From Octopus bimaculoides (lineage: Eukaryota), in NCBI RefSeq assembly GCF_001194135.2, contig NC_068991.1:6336606-6391355 (forward strand): a DNA stretch of 54,750 nt. Direction: 5' to 3'. Positions 21,870-32,467 of this stretch are shown here, piece by piece. Numbering within the stretch: position 1 is the first letter of the stretch; the number at the start of each line of letters is the position of its first letter. A model generated the notes under the pieces. The model made no database searches, was not told the DNA's origin, and saw only the letters and a list, made by a program, of their open reading frames with translations. A program made the translations under genes and the position numbers.

Positions 21870-24800
21870 TACGACAGGCTTCATTCAGTTTCCGTCTACC
21901 AAATAAGTACTAGGTTTATAAAGAATAAGTCCTGGGATCGATTTGCTCGACTAAAGGCAGTGCTCCAGCATGGCCGCTGTCAAATGACTGAAACAAGTAA
22001 AAGAGTAAAAGAGTAAATTATGGTCAAATGGATGCCTTACAGTAGCAATAGTTCCTGTGAATGCATTTTCCAGAAGATTTGAGAAAGTTGGCCCAGGGCA
22101 AATAATTGACACACCAATGTTGTGGTTGTGCATCTCTAATCGAAGACTATCAAAATATCCCTGAAATAAAAAAGAAATGTGATTTTTTTATAGAATATAT
22201 TATAAGATTAATGGATTAAGTCGCATTGTTAGCACAATTTTATGGAAATATAAAATAGATATAATAATAATAGTAATAATAATAATGATAATAATAATAA
22301 TAATAACAACATACAGAAAATTGCCCTACTGGGCACTGCACACATCCTACGCAAAACACTTTCAATACAGTAACCATAAGAGCATCTCAGCAAACCACAG
22401 CACATACCCAAGGCGCACAGAGCTGCACTAGGTAGTGAAGTGAAAGCACGTTATAAAAATAAAACTACTGAACAACAACAACAATAATAATAATAATAAT
22501 AACAATAGTGATAATCCTATCTACTATGAACACAAGGCCTGAAATTTTTTAGGGGTGGGGGTGAGGGCTAGTTGATTACATCTATTCCCAGTACATAACT
22601 GGTACTTATTTCATTGACCCCGAAGGGATGAAAGGCAAAATCAACCTTAATAATTCTTTGTCATTGTTGTTGTTTAACCCATGGTCATCCTTGTATCACA
22701 TAAGGTACTCAATTGAGTTAGAACAATATTGATTAAAAGAAAAAAAATTCCAATGCTCCATTCTTGAAGGAGAGTATGGTGATATAAATGTTTAACCTTT
22801 GATTGATGACTAATCGTTACATCCTTCCAGAAAGGATTGTAGGAAGATCGGTTGGTTTTTTGATTTCTGAATAATTTGGTTGCTGCGGAAATTCCTAGAA
22901 TAACTGAAAACTATGTGGTATTTATATACAAGAAGAATTACCTGGAAGAGAGAACTTAAATGAAGAATAATTTGAATATTGGTTGCACTAACCTGAAGAG
23001 CATGCTTGGCACCAGTATAAGAAGCCGAAAAAGGTGCACCTGAATTATAAAAAAAGATAATTGAAAATAAAAAGAAAAAACTCAAATGTTTTATTAATTT
23101 TTTGAATTCAAGTAGCTAGAGACATCAAATTTATGGAAAAACTACTAAAAAAAAAAAGCAAGATAAAACCATAAATATGGCCATAACTGTGTTATTTAGG
23201 CTCAGTTCCTTGGGCAAGTCTCTTTGGTATAGCCCTAGGCTGAGTGAAGCCTTATTAGAGGATTTGAGGGATAAGAACTGCAAAGTAGCTCATTGTATGT
23301 TTGTATGTCCTGGTTATGGCATTAAACTGCATCTGGTGATGAGGCTCCAGCTTGGGAGTTCTGGGAGCATGAAGTCATCCCTTAGTAACCATTTATTTCC
23401 AGGTTACAGTATTGTGATCTGTCCAGACCTTGAGGTTATCAGACCAGGATTTTCTCAGTCTGCTTCTCTTTCACCCTTCCTCAACTGTGCCCTGAAGAAT
23501 TGTTTTGGACATACATACATACATACATATATCCTGATGTATACATTGAAGGGATGTCAGAACTAGCAGGTATTCACACCTTTAAAAACAAGAAATACTG
23601 GTGGAACACCCTAATAAAGACATCAGTTCAGTGCAAACATAACAGACCTGATATTGTTCTATGGGACAGGAGCAAAAATCAGGCACTGTTGCAGAGGTCT
23701 GCTGCTCAGCAAATGTGAATGTACAATCAAAATTCCAGGAAACAGAGAATATTTATGGCAAATTAACACAGAACTTACAGCTCTTGTATGCTGACTATGA
23801 ATTCTCATGTGTACCCATCATCGTAGGTGCATTGGGTGATGTACCAACAAAATCCTTGGAAACCTTTTTGCACAAAAAACCCTAGAAACATTTGGTTTCA
23901 CAGTAAAAGAGCAAAAGAAATTGATGCAGATTCTCCAAACCACTTTACATAGCGTGCCGCGTACTTTTTAATGTGACACCAGCACTAGTGCTCTTAACAT
24001 GGCACCTTTTTATGTGGCACATTCATATATCTAGACATCCATACTGACATTCAAACAGACATCTAAAATTAAAATGAATAAATTTTCATGAGTTAATGTT
24101 TGAATATAGCAAGAAAAAGGTATGAACTGTTTAATTTGAAAAGTTAGATAACAAGATAGAAATATGAAATATACCTATTTTCCCTTCAACAGCCCCCATT
24201 ACAACTATGTGGCCTTCTCCTCGGTTTATCATATGAGGTAGAACATTCTTGGTGAGAGACAATGTACCAAGAACGTTTAATTCCATGCAGTATCGGTCTA
24301 CGTCCAATGAGGTCTCTTCCCATGCTGCTCGTTGACTGCGTCCGGCATTGTTTACTAGGATGTCAATCTGAGCAAGATATAAAAACACTGGATTAATAAA
24401 AGATCACATTTGACAATAGTATTCAATTCTATGTGACTGATTATACATGTATATGCATGTGTGTGTGTGTGCTTGCGTGTGTGTAAGTGAATATATATGT
24501 GTGCTTGTGTGTGTGTGTATTAACTGAATATATATATATGTGTGTGTGCGTGCACGTATTAAGTAAATATGTGTGTGTGTGTGTATTAAGTGAATATGGG
24601 TGTGTGTGTGTGTAATAAGTGAATATGTGTGTATTAAGTGGATGGGTCTGTGTGTGTGTATTAAGTGTATATGTGTGTGTGTGTGTATTAAGTGAATGTA
24701 TGTGTGTGTATTAAGTGGATGTGTGTGTGTGTATTAAGTATATATGTGTGTGTGTGTGTGTGTGTATTAAGTGAATATATATGTGTGAGTGTGTATGTGT

Positions 24801-27800
24801 GTATTAAGTGAATGTGTGTGTGCGTGTGTGTACAAGGTCTGATCAAAAAGTATCATCTACCAAATGAAAACTACGACACATATCGATTCAGCATTTAATC
24901 TCCATCAAAGTTGTCCCATTCTGAAACCACACACTTTATCCAGCATCAGTTCCATTGATGGAAGAATTCCTGCAAATCCTTCATCTTTGGGATAGTGAGC
25001 AGCATGCATTGAACTTTAACGCACAGTAAACAATTTTCATGAAAATGCGCTCTTGAAACTGAACTGCATCTAACATGTCCATGTGTTTTTTATAGCATCA
25101 AATATGGTATTTAAATTCTTTGTGTAATAATAGAACGACTAAGGAAGTGGTGAATTTATTTAATATGATGTACAAATTCCATTCCCCATTTTTATATAAG
25201 TTTATAATGTCTCAGTTGAAAATGTGAAATTCATGGATTGATAAACACATCAAAGTTACCTTTGAAGTTTCTTTATACTTATGCAAAGCTTTTNNNNNNN
25301 NNNNNNNNNNNNNNNNNNNNNNNNNNNNNNNNNNNNNNNNNNNNNNNNNNNNNNNNNNNNNNNNNNNNNNNNNNNNNNNNNNNNNNNNNNNNNNNNNNNN
25401 NNNNNNNNNNNNNNNNNNNNNNNNNNNNNNNNNNNNNNNNNNNNNNNNNNNNNNNNNNNNNNNNNNNNNNNNNNNNNNNNNNNNNNNNNNNNNNNNNNNN
25501 NNNNNNNNNNNNNNNNNNNNNNNNNNNNNNNNNNNNNNNNNNNNNNNNNNNNNNNNNNNNNNNNNNNNNNNNNNNNNNNNNNNNNNNNNNNNNNNNNNNN
25601 NNNNNNNNNNNNNNNNNNNNNNNNNNNNNNNNNNNNNNNNNNNNNNNNNNNNNNNNNNNNNNNNNNNNNNNNNNNNNNNNNNNNNNNNNNNNNNNNNNNN
25701 NNNNNNNNNNNNNNNNNNNNNNNNNNNNNNNNNNNNNNNNNNNNNNNNNNNNNNNNNNNNNNNNNNNNNNNNNNNNNNNNNNNNNNNNNNNNNNNNNNNN
25801 NNNNNNNNNNNNNNNNNNNNNNNNNNNNNNNNNNNNNNNNNNNNNNNNNNNNNNNNNNNNNNNNNNNNNNNNNNNNNNNNNNNNNNNNNNNNNNNNNNNN
25901 NNNNNNNNNNNNNNNNNNNNNNNNNNNNNNNNNNNNNNNNNNNNNNNNNNNNNNNNNNNNNNNNNNNNNNNNNNNNNNNNNNNNNNNNNNNNNNNNNNNN
26001 NNNNNNNNNNNNNNNNNNNNNNNNNNNNNNNNNNNNNNNNNNNNNNNNNNNNNNNNNNNNNNNNNNNNNNNNNNNNNNNNNNNNNNNNNNNNNNNNNNNN
26101 NNNNNNNNNNNNNNNNNNNNNNNNNNNNNNNNNNNNNNNNNNNNNNNNNNNNNNNNNNNNNNNNNNNNNNNNNNNNNNNNNNNNNNNNNNNNNNNNNNNN
26201 NNNNNNNNNNNNNNNNNNNNNNNNNNNNNNNNNNNNNNNNNNNNNNNNNNNNNNNNNNNNNNNNNNNNNNNNCACATCAAATTTTGTTTTTAAAATTTAT
26301 TTGCAATGAATCGGTTACATTTCCACAATACACAAAATATTAACAATTTTTTTATACACTTCCTGAGGGTCTTTTATTAACATCAAATGGTTAGGAGGGT
26401 CCATCGAAGTAAAATAAGAATCAACGTGTTAATATTTTGTGTATTGTGGAAATGTAACCAATTCATTGCAAATGAATTTTAAAAACAAAATCTGATGTGA
26501 CCCCACAAGGGTCATAATGAGCTTGGTTTAGAACCACTGCTTCAGAATACTCAATAATTTTTATACCTGGGAATAATACTGTAAAACATTCATGACAGCA
26601 TGAGGATGGCTTCCGAAATCCAACAAGTCTAGAGGTACAACCAAGACATCATCCGGAGAAATACGACCACTTTCTATAATATCAGAGAAACAAAAGTGAG
26701 ACATTGACAAGCTGTTCTTATGAAAACTTAAAAAGAAATATTTGATATTTTTCTAATCTAAACATAAAATAAAGGTTGATGTGTTTTTCTTCAATGTTTC
26801 CTTTCCATGGCTCTTTGTGTTGATTTATTCATTTACTTGCTTCAGTCATTTGTCTGTGGCCATGCTGGAGCACTGCCTTTTAGTCGAGCAAATCGACCCC
26901 AGAACTTATTCTTTGGATGCCTCGTACTTATTCTATCGGTCTGTTTTGCCGAACCGCTAAGTTACGGAGACGTAAACACACTAGCATCAGTCGTCAAGCG
27001 ATGTTGGGGTGGGGGGACAAACACAGACACACAAACATACACNNNNNNNNNNGGCTTCTTTCAGTTTCCATCTACCAAATCCACTCACAAGGCTTTTGAT
27101 CAACCTGAGGCTATAGTAGAAGATACTTGCCCACGGTGCCACACAGTGGGAACGAACCCAGCACCATGTGGTTGGTAAGCAAGCTACTTACCACACAGCC
27201 ACTCCTACGTCTATGATAAAGTTTTCAGAAAAAACACAAAAATTACAAAAGAAATATTAATAATTACATTTAAGAATTATGACAAAATATTATTTCAGGC
27301 GAATAAGCCTCTTCTTTTAAATTTTCTCACTTACCTATACATTGATGCTTGACACGTTCCAACTCATCTGGACGTCTTGCTGATAGTACCAGCTTACATC
27401 CTGCAGCAGCAAATTCTAAAGCTAATTGTTCACCCACTCCACTGGATGCTCCTGTTATCCACACCACTTGACCACTCAGCGCCGCTGAAAAACAAAAGTA
27501 AAACAGATACATTAGTGTATTTAACCTTTTAACATTTAAACTGACCGTATCGGGCCCGAATATTCTATGTGTATGCATGCATACACATAGACACACACAC
27601 ATACATACATACATACATACGTACATACATACATACATACATACACACACATATATATGCATGTCTGTATGTGTGTGTGTATGACTAAAATTTGAATGTA
27701 AACACTTGAAGAAAGATATTATCATTGTTAATATTACCTGTGGTGAATATAAGTAATTGATAATAATAACAGTAATAATATAGGTGGTTCCAGGTTTTTA

Positions 27801-28441
27801 AATAGCAATATATAGCTATAAATTAAAATTCAAAATTAGCACTAAATTTAAGGACACATAAAGCATCAAACTTGTTTAGAAATAGGAGCCAAAATCCCAA
27901 ATCCACCACCTGAAGGCACCGAAATATGATAGAGACAACAGCAAGTCATGTGGGTTGAGGCCAGTGGGCAAGAACCCCAAACCATGGTACATGAATATCC
28001 AAATGACATAATCCTTAATGTCATGCTTTTAATTGTTTAATTCTTTAACCATTCTCTCGCTTACTGTTGTCTCTCATATTTGGTGCCTTCAGGCGACATA
28101 CTTCTTTCAGTTTCCATCTACCAAATCCATTCACAAGTTTTGGCTGTCCTGGGGCTATAGTAGAAGACACTTGCCCAAAATGCCATGCAGCAGGATTGAA
28201 CCTGAAACCATGAATTTGAGAAGCAGACTTCTTAACCACACAGCCATGCCTGTGTTTGACACAAATTTATGGACAAAACATTGCATGCCACTGCATCCAG
28301 TTTTGCTTGGAACTTACCCATAGTGTTTCCAAATTTCAGTTTCCATTGGAGAACAAGGTCACAGTCAGAGGCAAGGAGCCGGATTAGCTGTACTCCATAA
28401 AAGATGCAGATGAATGTAACTAACAATATAAGGAACACCAT
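19754..28441 (-). CDS. DHRS7: Dehydrogenase/reductase SDR family member 7; join(28441-28318,27484-27335,26673-26567,24367-24175,23039-22993,22160-22041,21151-20985,19814-19754), 969 nt, 322 aa
   Basis: Eight GT-AG exons splice in frame. N-terminal hydrophobic anchor plus DCDLVLQW (DHRS7-type), Rossmann TGASSGVG, LSARR (NADP-type), NNAG, YTGAK (YxxxK), CPGP, and the DHRS7-type C-terminal RC..LI..AVANKLDEVWI. Confidence 0.94.
19852..20081. mobile_element. Second piggyBac-type MITE family, degenerate
   Basis: Right end gaatgctaaaggg|TTAA; related copies at about 48742-48955 (opposite orientation) and 27521-27566 (partial). Confidence 0.65.
20113..20620. mobile_element. Rearranged mariner relic: 5' TIR and N-terminus on +, central transposase segment on -
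   Basis: + strand MTDKVEQRICIKFCQKLGDSCSET from 20310; - strand ISYGSVQSIITEDLGMRHTSAKLVAKLLSADQK (mariner WVP-region pattern); TIR-like ggtctgatcaataagtatcc. Confidence 0.88.
20985..21151 (-). CDS. DHRS7: DHRS7 exon 7 (NYGMKMDPNDRRMDTGRCARLIILAVANKLDEVWIARHPLLLVMYLCQYCPSVGQ)
   Basis: ttttccag acceptor, TG|GTAAGT donor; 167 nt. Confidence 0.94.
21595..22013. mobile_element. Fold-back SINE family A composite (minus-strand copy fused to a plus-strand tail)
   Basis: Arms 21595-21701 and 21902-22008 are reverse complements. Confidence 0.88.
22041..22160 (-). CDS. DHRS7: DHRS7 exon 6 (GYFDSLRLEMHNHNIGVSIICPGPTFSNLLENAFTGTIAT)
   Basis: atttcag acceptor, ACT|GTAAGG donor; 120 nt. Confidence 0.95.
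22993..23039 (-). CDS. DHRS7: DHRS7 exon 5 (GAPFSASYTGAKHALQ)
   Basis: YxxxK catalytic motif; 47 nt; CAG|GTTAGT donor. Confidence 0.95.
23545..23945 (+). mobile_element. Non-LTR retrotransposon 3' fragment encoding a restriction-like endonuclease (R4/NeSL/CRE-type), frameshifted
   Basis: KYWWN...CKHNRPDIVLWD, one frameshift near 23670, then VAEVCCSANVNVQSKFQETENIYGKL...VPIIVGALG (PD..E..K REL pattern). Confidence 0.85.
24175..24367 (-). CDS. DHRS7: DHRS7 exon 4 (IDILVNNAGRSQRAAWEETSLDVDRYCMELNVLGTLSLTKNVLPHMINRGEGHIVVMGAVEGKI)
   Basis: NNAG motif; cttgctcag acceptor, G|GTATAT donor; 193 nt. Confidence 0.96.
24447..24830 (+). repeat. Compound array: TATTAAGTGAAT-type core x~12 separated by (TG)n
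   Basis: Seven exact TTAAGTG plus five variant cores. Confidence 0.9.
24831..25010 (-). mobile_element. Mariner 3'-end relic with TIR
   Basis: TA + caaggtctgatcaaaaagtatc (same TIR family as 20113); - strand FHQWN*CWIKCVVSEWDNFDGD* matches the mariner C-terminal W.KCV...GDYFE. Confidence 0.8.
26273..26539. mobile_element. hAT/Charlie-like non-autonomous element, right part, with internal 73-bp inverted repeat
   Basis: Ends in tttagaaccactg (reverse complement CAGTGGTTCTAAA, a Charlie-type terminus); the left end is lost in the N gap. Confidence 0.6.
26567..26673 (-). CDS. DHRS7: DHRS7 exon 3 (SGRISPDDVLVVPLDLLDFGSHPHAVMNVLQYYSQ)
   Basis: Not in the supplied ORF track; found by reading. VLVVPLDL motif, 107 nt, phase 1 to phase 0. 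Confidence 0.93.
26833..27210 (-). mobile_element. SINE family A
   Basis: Full-length copy in DHRS7 intron 2. Confidence 0.85.
27335..27484 (-). CDS. DHRS7: DHRS7 exon 2 (ALSGQVVWITGASSGVGEQLALEFAAAGCKLVLSARRPDELERVKHQCI)
   Basis: TGxxxGxG motif; tttcag acceptor, G|GTAAGT donor; 150 nt. Confidence 0.97.
28318..28441 (-). CDS. DHRS7: DHRS7 coding exon 1 (MVFLILLVTFICIFYGVQLIRLLASDCDLVLQWKLKFGNTM)
   Basis: ATG at 28441, G|GTAAGT donor; phase 1 fits the next exon. Confidence 0.9.
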
Positions 28442-29116
28442 AATTCTGCAATGGAAACAAACAATGTAAGGAACACCATAAGGAACACCATAATTCTGCA
28501 ATGGAAATAAACGAATTACTGTCATCGTCAACAAAATTAAGGTAAGTGCTTTTACAAACCACAAGTGTTTGTAGAATCAGAGGATGGTGATTGGTGTCTG
28601 GGATATTGATTTCATATTTGGGCACAATGCCAGCAATTTTGGGGAGGGGACAAGCCAATTACATTGACACTCCTCACCCCACCCCCACCCCAGTGCTCAA
28701 ATGGTTCTTATTTTACCAACCCTGAATGGATGGAAGGAAAAGTCGACCTTGGCGGAATTAAAACTTAGAATGTAAAGACAGATAAAATGCTGCAAAGTAT
28801 AATAATAATAATAATAATAATTTCTAATTTTGGCACAAGGCCAACAATTTCAGGGAAGTGGGTATGTCAATTACATTGGCCCCCAGTATTCAACTGGTAC
28901 TTATTTTATTGACCCCCAAAAAGATGAAAGGCAAAGTCAATCATGGTGACATTTGAACCTGGGGTTATAGTAGAAGACACTTGCCTAAGGTGCCATGCAA
29001 TAGGACTGAACTCAAGATCACATCGTTGAGGAACCAGCTTCTTAACCACACGCCCATGCCTGCACATAGTTATTCTGTACTGGAAATCTTCCACTTGACC
29101 TTATATATATATGGTT

Positions 29117-29515
29117 CCTTCTACTATAGCCTTGGGCCGACCAAAGCCTTGGGCCGACCAAAGCTTTGGGCCGACCAAAGCCTTGGGCCGACCAAAGCCT
29201 TGGGCCGACCAAAGCCTTGGGCCGACCAAAGCCTTGTGAGTGGATTTGGTAGACGGAAACTGAAAGAAGCCCGTCGTATATATGTATATATATATGCATG
29301 TGTGTGTATGTGTTTGTGTCTGTCCCCACAACATTGCTTGACAACCTTTGCTGGTGTGTTTACGTCCCCCATAACTTAGCGGTTTGGCAAAAGAGATCAA
29401 TAGAATAAGTACTAGGCTTACAAAGAATAAGTCCTGGGGTCGATTTGCTCGACTAAAGGCGGTGCTCCAGCATGGCCACAGTCAAATGACTGAAACAAGT
29501 AAAAGAGTAAAGAGT
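29117..29515 (+). mobile_element. SINE family A, 5'-truncated, with internal 17-bp tandem expansion
   Basis: Consensus body and tail. Confidence 0.85.
29128..29236 (+). repeat. 17-bp minisatellite (AGCCTTGGGCCGACCAA)x6
   Basis: Six contiguous units at 29128-29229 with one substitution, plus a partial seventh. Confidence 0.95.
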
Positions 29516-30594
29516 ATATACCAGCATGACCGCAGCCACTTGGCTGAAACACATAAATAAATAAATAAATAAATNNNNNNNNNNNNNNNNNNNNNNNNNN
29601 NNNNNNNNNNNNNNNNNNNNNNNNNNNNNNNNNNNNNNNNNNNNNNNNNNNNNNNNNNNNNNNNNNNNNNNNNNNNNNNNNNNNNNNNNNNNNNNNNNNN
29701 NNNNNNNNNNNNNNNNNNNNNNNNNNNNNNNNNNNNNNNNNNNNNNNNNNNNNNNNNNNNNNNNNNNNNNNNNNNNNATATATATACAACCTGATGTTTC
29801 CCTCTAAAGCTGTATGAAGTTAGTTGTGACGATATAAAGTATTGGCATTGATTAGATTATCATGCAGATTAGCTGTATTATGTGTGTTTTAATGAGAGTA
29901 AGAAGATCAATGTCTCTAGCAAAAGCAAAATGTCAAGGGTAAATATTAACTTGAACTCCACTCTTATTTGTCTATGCTATTTTAATTACAACTCGTTTCC
30001 TCCAGGGCAAAGATGTAATGGAAGGGAGCACAGATCAGTGTTAACCTGTTTTAGAATTTGGAAATTAATTAGTAAAAAAACCCATAAAAAAAAGATCAAG
30101 AAATATTATTTAGTCACTTATATTGACAAAAATGTTTTAAAGTATTAATTAATGATGGTATTCATTTAGTATTCATTTAGTGTTATAATATTATATCACA
30201 ATTTGTGAACAGTAATGAAGGGTTCGTTATGGGGTTTCCAGTGAGCCAGTCATTCGTTAACAGAATGTTTGATAACAAAGATAATGAGGATGTGTCTGAA
30301 ACTAGATTTTTTCAAAAGGTGTCTTGCTGAGCATTTATATCCTTCACTGATACATATATTGGCAAAACACACACACACACACACATACAAACACACACTA
30401 CATGGTCATCATATATGCGTACATATATAATTATGCGTGTGTGTGTGTGTGTGTATAAATGAGTAACAGTAGAGATACAGGTGTCAATACATTAAGGCTG
30501 TTTCTAACAACACCTGAATCTTACTTATGTTTCATGTATGTATGTATGCATGTATGTATGTATGTATGTATGTATGCATGCATGCATATGTATA

Positions 30595-30633
<39 letters not shown>

Positions 30634-31771
30634 TCATCATCATCCTCATCGTTTCACATCCGTTTTCCATACTGGCATGGTTTGGACTGTTTGACTGAGG
30701 ACTGGTGAGCCAGATGGTTGCACCAGGCTCATATATATATATATTACTATGGCAGTTCGTCGGTTACGATGATGAGGGTTCCAGTTGATCCGATCAATGG
30801 AACAGCCTGCTCATGAAATTAACATGCAAGTGGCTGAGCACTCCACAAACACGTGTACCCTTAATGTAGTTCTCAGGGAGGTTCAGCATGACACAGAGTG
30901 TCACAAGGCTGGCCCTTTTGAAATACAGGTACAACAGAAACAGGAAGAAAGAGTGAGAGAAAGTTGTAGTGAAAAAGTACAGCAGGGTTCGACATGCCAC
31001 CCCCTGCCAGAGCCTTGTGGAACTTACTGAGAAAAAATGGTAAGGATTAGTGAGGAAAGGTATGCAGCAGCAAAACAATGCTTCAATAATATTTGTGTTA
31101 GAGTGGCGAGCTGGCAGAATTGGAAAAAATGTTTAGCGGCATTTCATTTGTTTTTATGTTCCAAGATCAAATTCCCCCTGGGGTTAACTTTGCCTTTCAT
31201 CCTTTCAAGGTCGATATAACTGACTTATCTCCCACCTTTGAAATTGCTGGCCTTGTGCCAAAATTTGAAACCAATATTTATTCATCTAACCTATACTAGC
31301 ATTGTGGTGTTGACGACGACGATGACGGAAATTTCAGGCAAGTGTACCACTAGATACACCTTTGTCATATTGAGGTATATCCAGTATTGTTTTTCCTGTT
31401 AGAGCAAGAAGAAGGTATTTGCAATACATCTAATTCACTATGTCACACTTATTTTTATTGATTGATCACTGTTGTGTTATTTAAATGTTGTTCTTATTCT
31501 TTATTTTAATGTTGTTCTTATTAAGTGTCTTAAAGTATTAAGAGATGATTGCATAGAATATGTGCTGTGCTTATGGCGTTACTGAATTAAAAGTGTCTTT
31601 CAATAATATTCTCATTTTAAGACAGTGAGCCGGCAGAAATGTTAGCAAGCTGGGCAAAATACATTACAACATTTTGTCTGTCTTAGCATTCTGAATTTTA
31701 ATATCACAAAGGTCAACTTTACCTTGAATCTTTTTAGGGTTCATTTTTTACATTATTTACATCATTTACAT

Positions 31772-31859
31772 CATTTACATTTGATGGATATTTGTCCTCA
31801 TCTTGTTTGGTGTTAACAACAAAAACAAGATGAGAACAAATATCTGTCAAATGTAAATG
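31772..31859. repeat. Palindromic insert with 37-bp arms (34/37) inside a SINE B copy
   Basis: catttacatttgatggatatttgtcctcatcttgttt ... aaacaagatgagaacaaatatctgtcaaatgtaaatg. Confidence 0.85.
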
Positions 31860-32252
31860 TAAATGATGTACATAATTCCTCATCTCTCAAACACAGAACC
31901 CTTTTAATAAAAAGGGTTTTATATTTGATAAAATAAGTACCAGTTGAGTACTGTGGTCAATGTAAATGATTTACCCCCTCCCCTGAAACTGCTGGCTTGT
32001 GCCAAAATTTGAAACCAATAACATTGTGTTTGTGCTTTTTTTCATCATACCCACTTCATCACCAATTATTATTACTTCTGTTTTTATACTCTGCCACTTA
32101 CTCAAGTCCTTTTCTTTCTATGGAACATTAGTCATTGATGACATTTCTCCCCTGTTTTCAAATTTGGGTTTGTCTTAGCTGTTTCTTTCCAGTTGAAATC
32201 CTTGCTTTTACAGCTCTGCTTCCTTTCAATTTTATGTTTTATGTTTCCTTAA

Positions 32253-32467
32253 CCCTTTCGTTACCGTATTTATTTTGAGATGCTCTGTGTTTCTTTCAAT
32301 TACGTTAAATATAACAAAGAATTTAGTAAAATAATTTATCATTAAGCTAGTGTTAGGAACATAAATTGTGATTAAGGTTTGGTGGAAGATTTTAATTCAA
32401 AACTTATGAAATCAAGGCATTTGTACCAGAGTCAGAGCTGGTTTCAGCAGGGTTGGTAACAAAGGGG
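32253..32467. mobile_element. piggyBac-type MITE (TTAA TSD, CCCTT termini)
   Basis: TTAA|CCCTTTCGTTACC ... GGTAACAAAGGGG|TTAA; its right half also occurs at about 1847-1976. Confidence 0.85.

Noticed and set aside
20113-25010. Idea that the two mariner TIRs bracket DHRS7 exons 4-7 as a composite transposon
   Set aside because: Both TIRs read inward to the right, so they do not face each other.
29128-29236. CRISPR-like appearance of the 17-bp repeats and of the 24447-24830 core+spacer array
   Set aside because: The first has no spacers, and in the second the spacers are (TG)n. Eukaryotic context, no cas genes.
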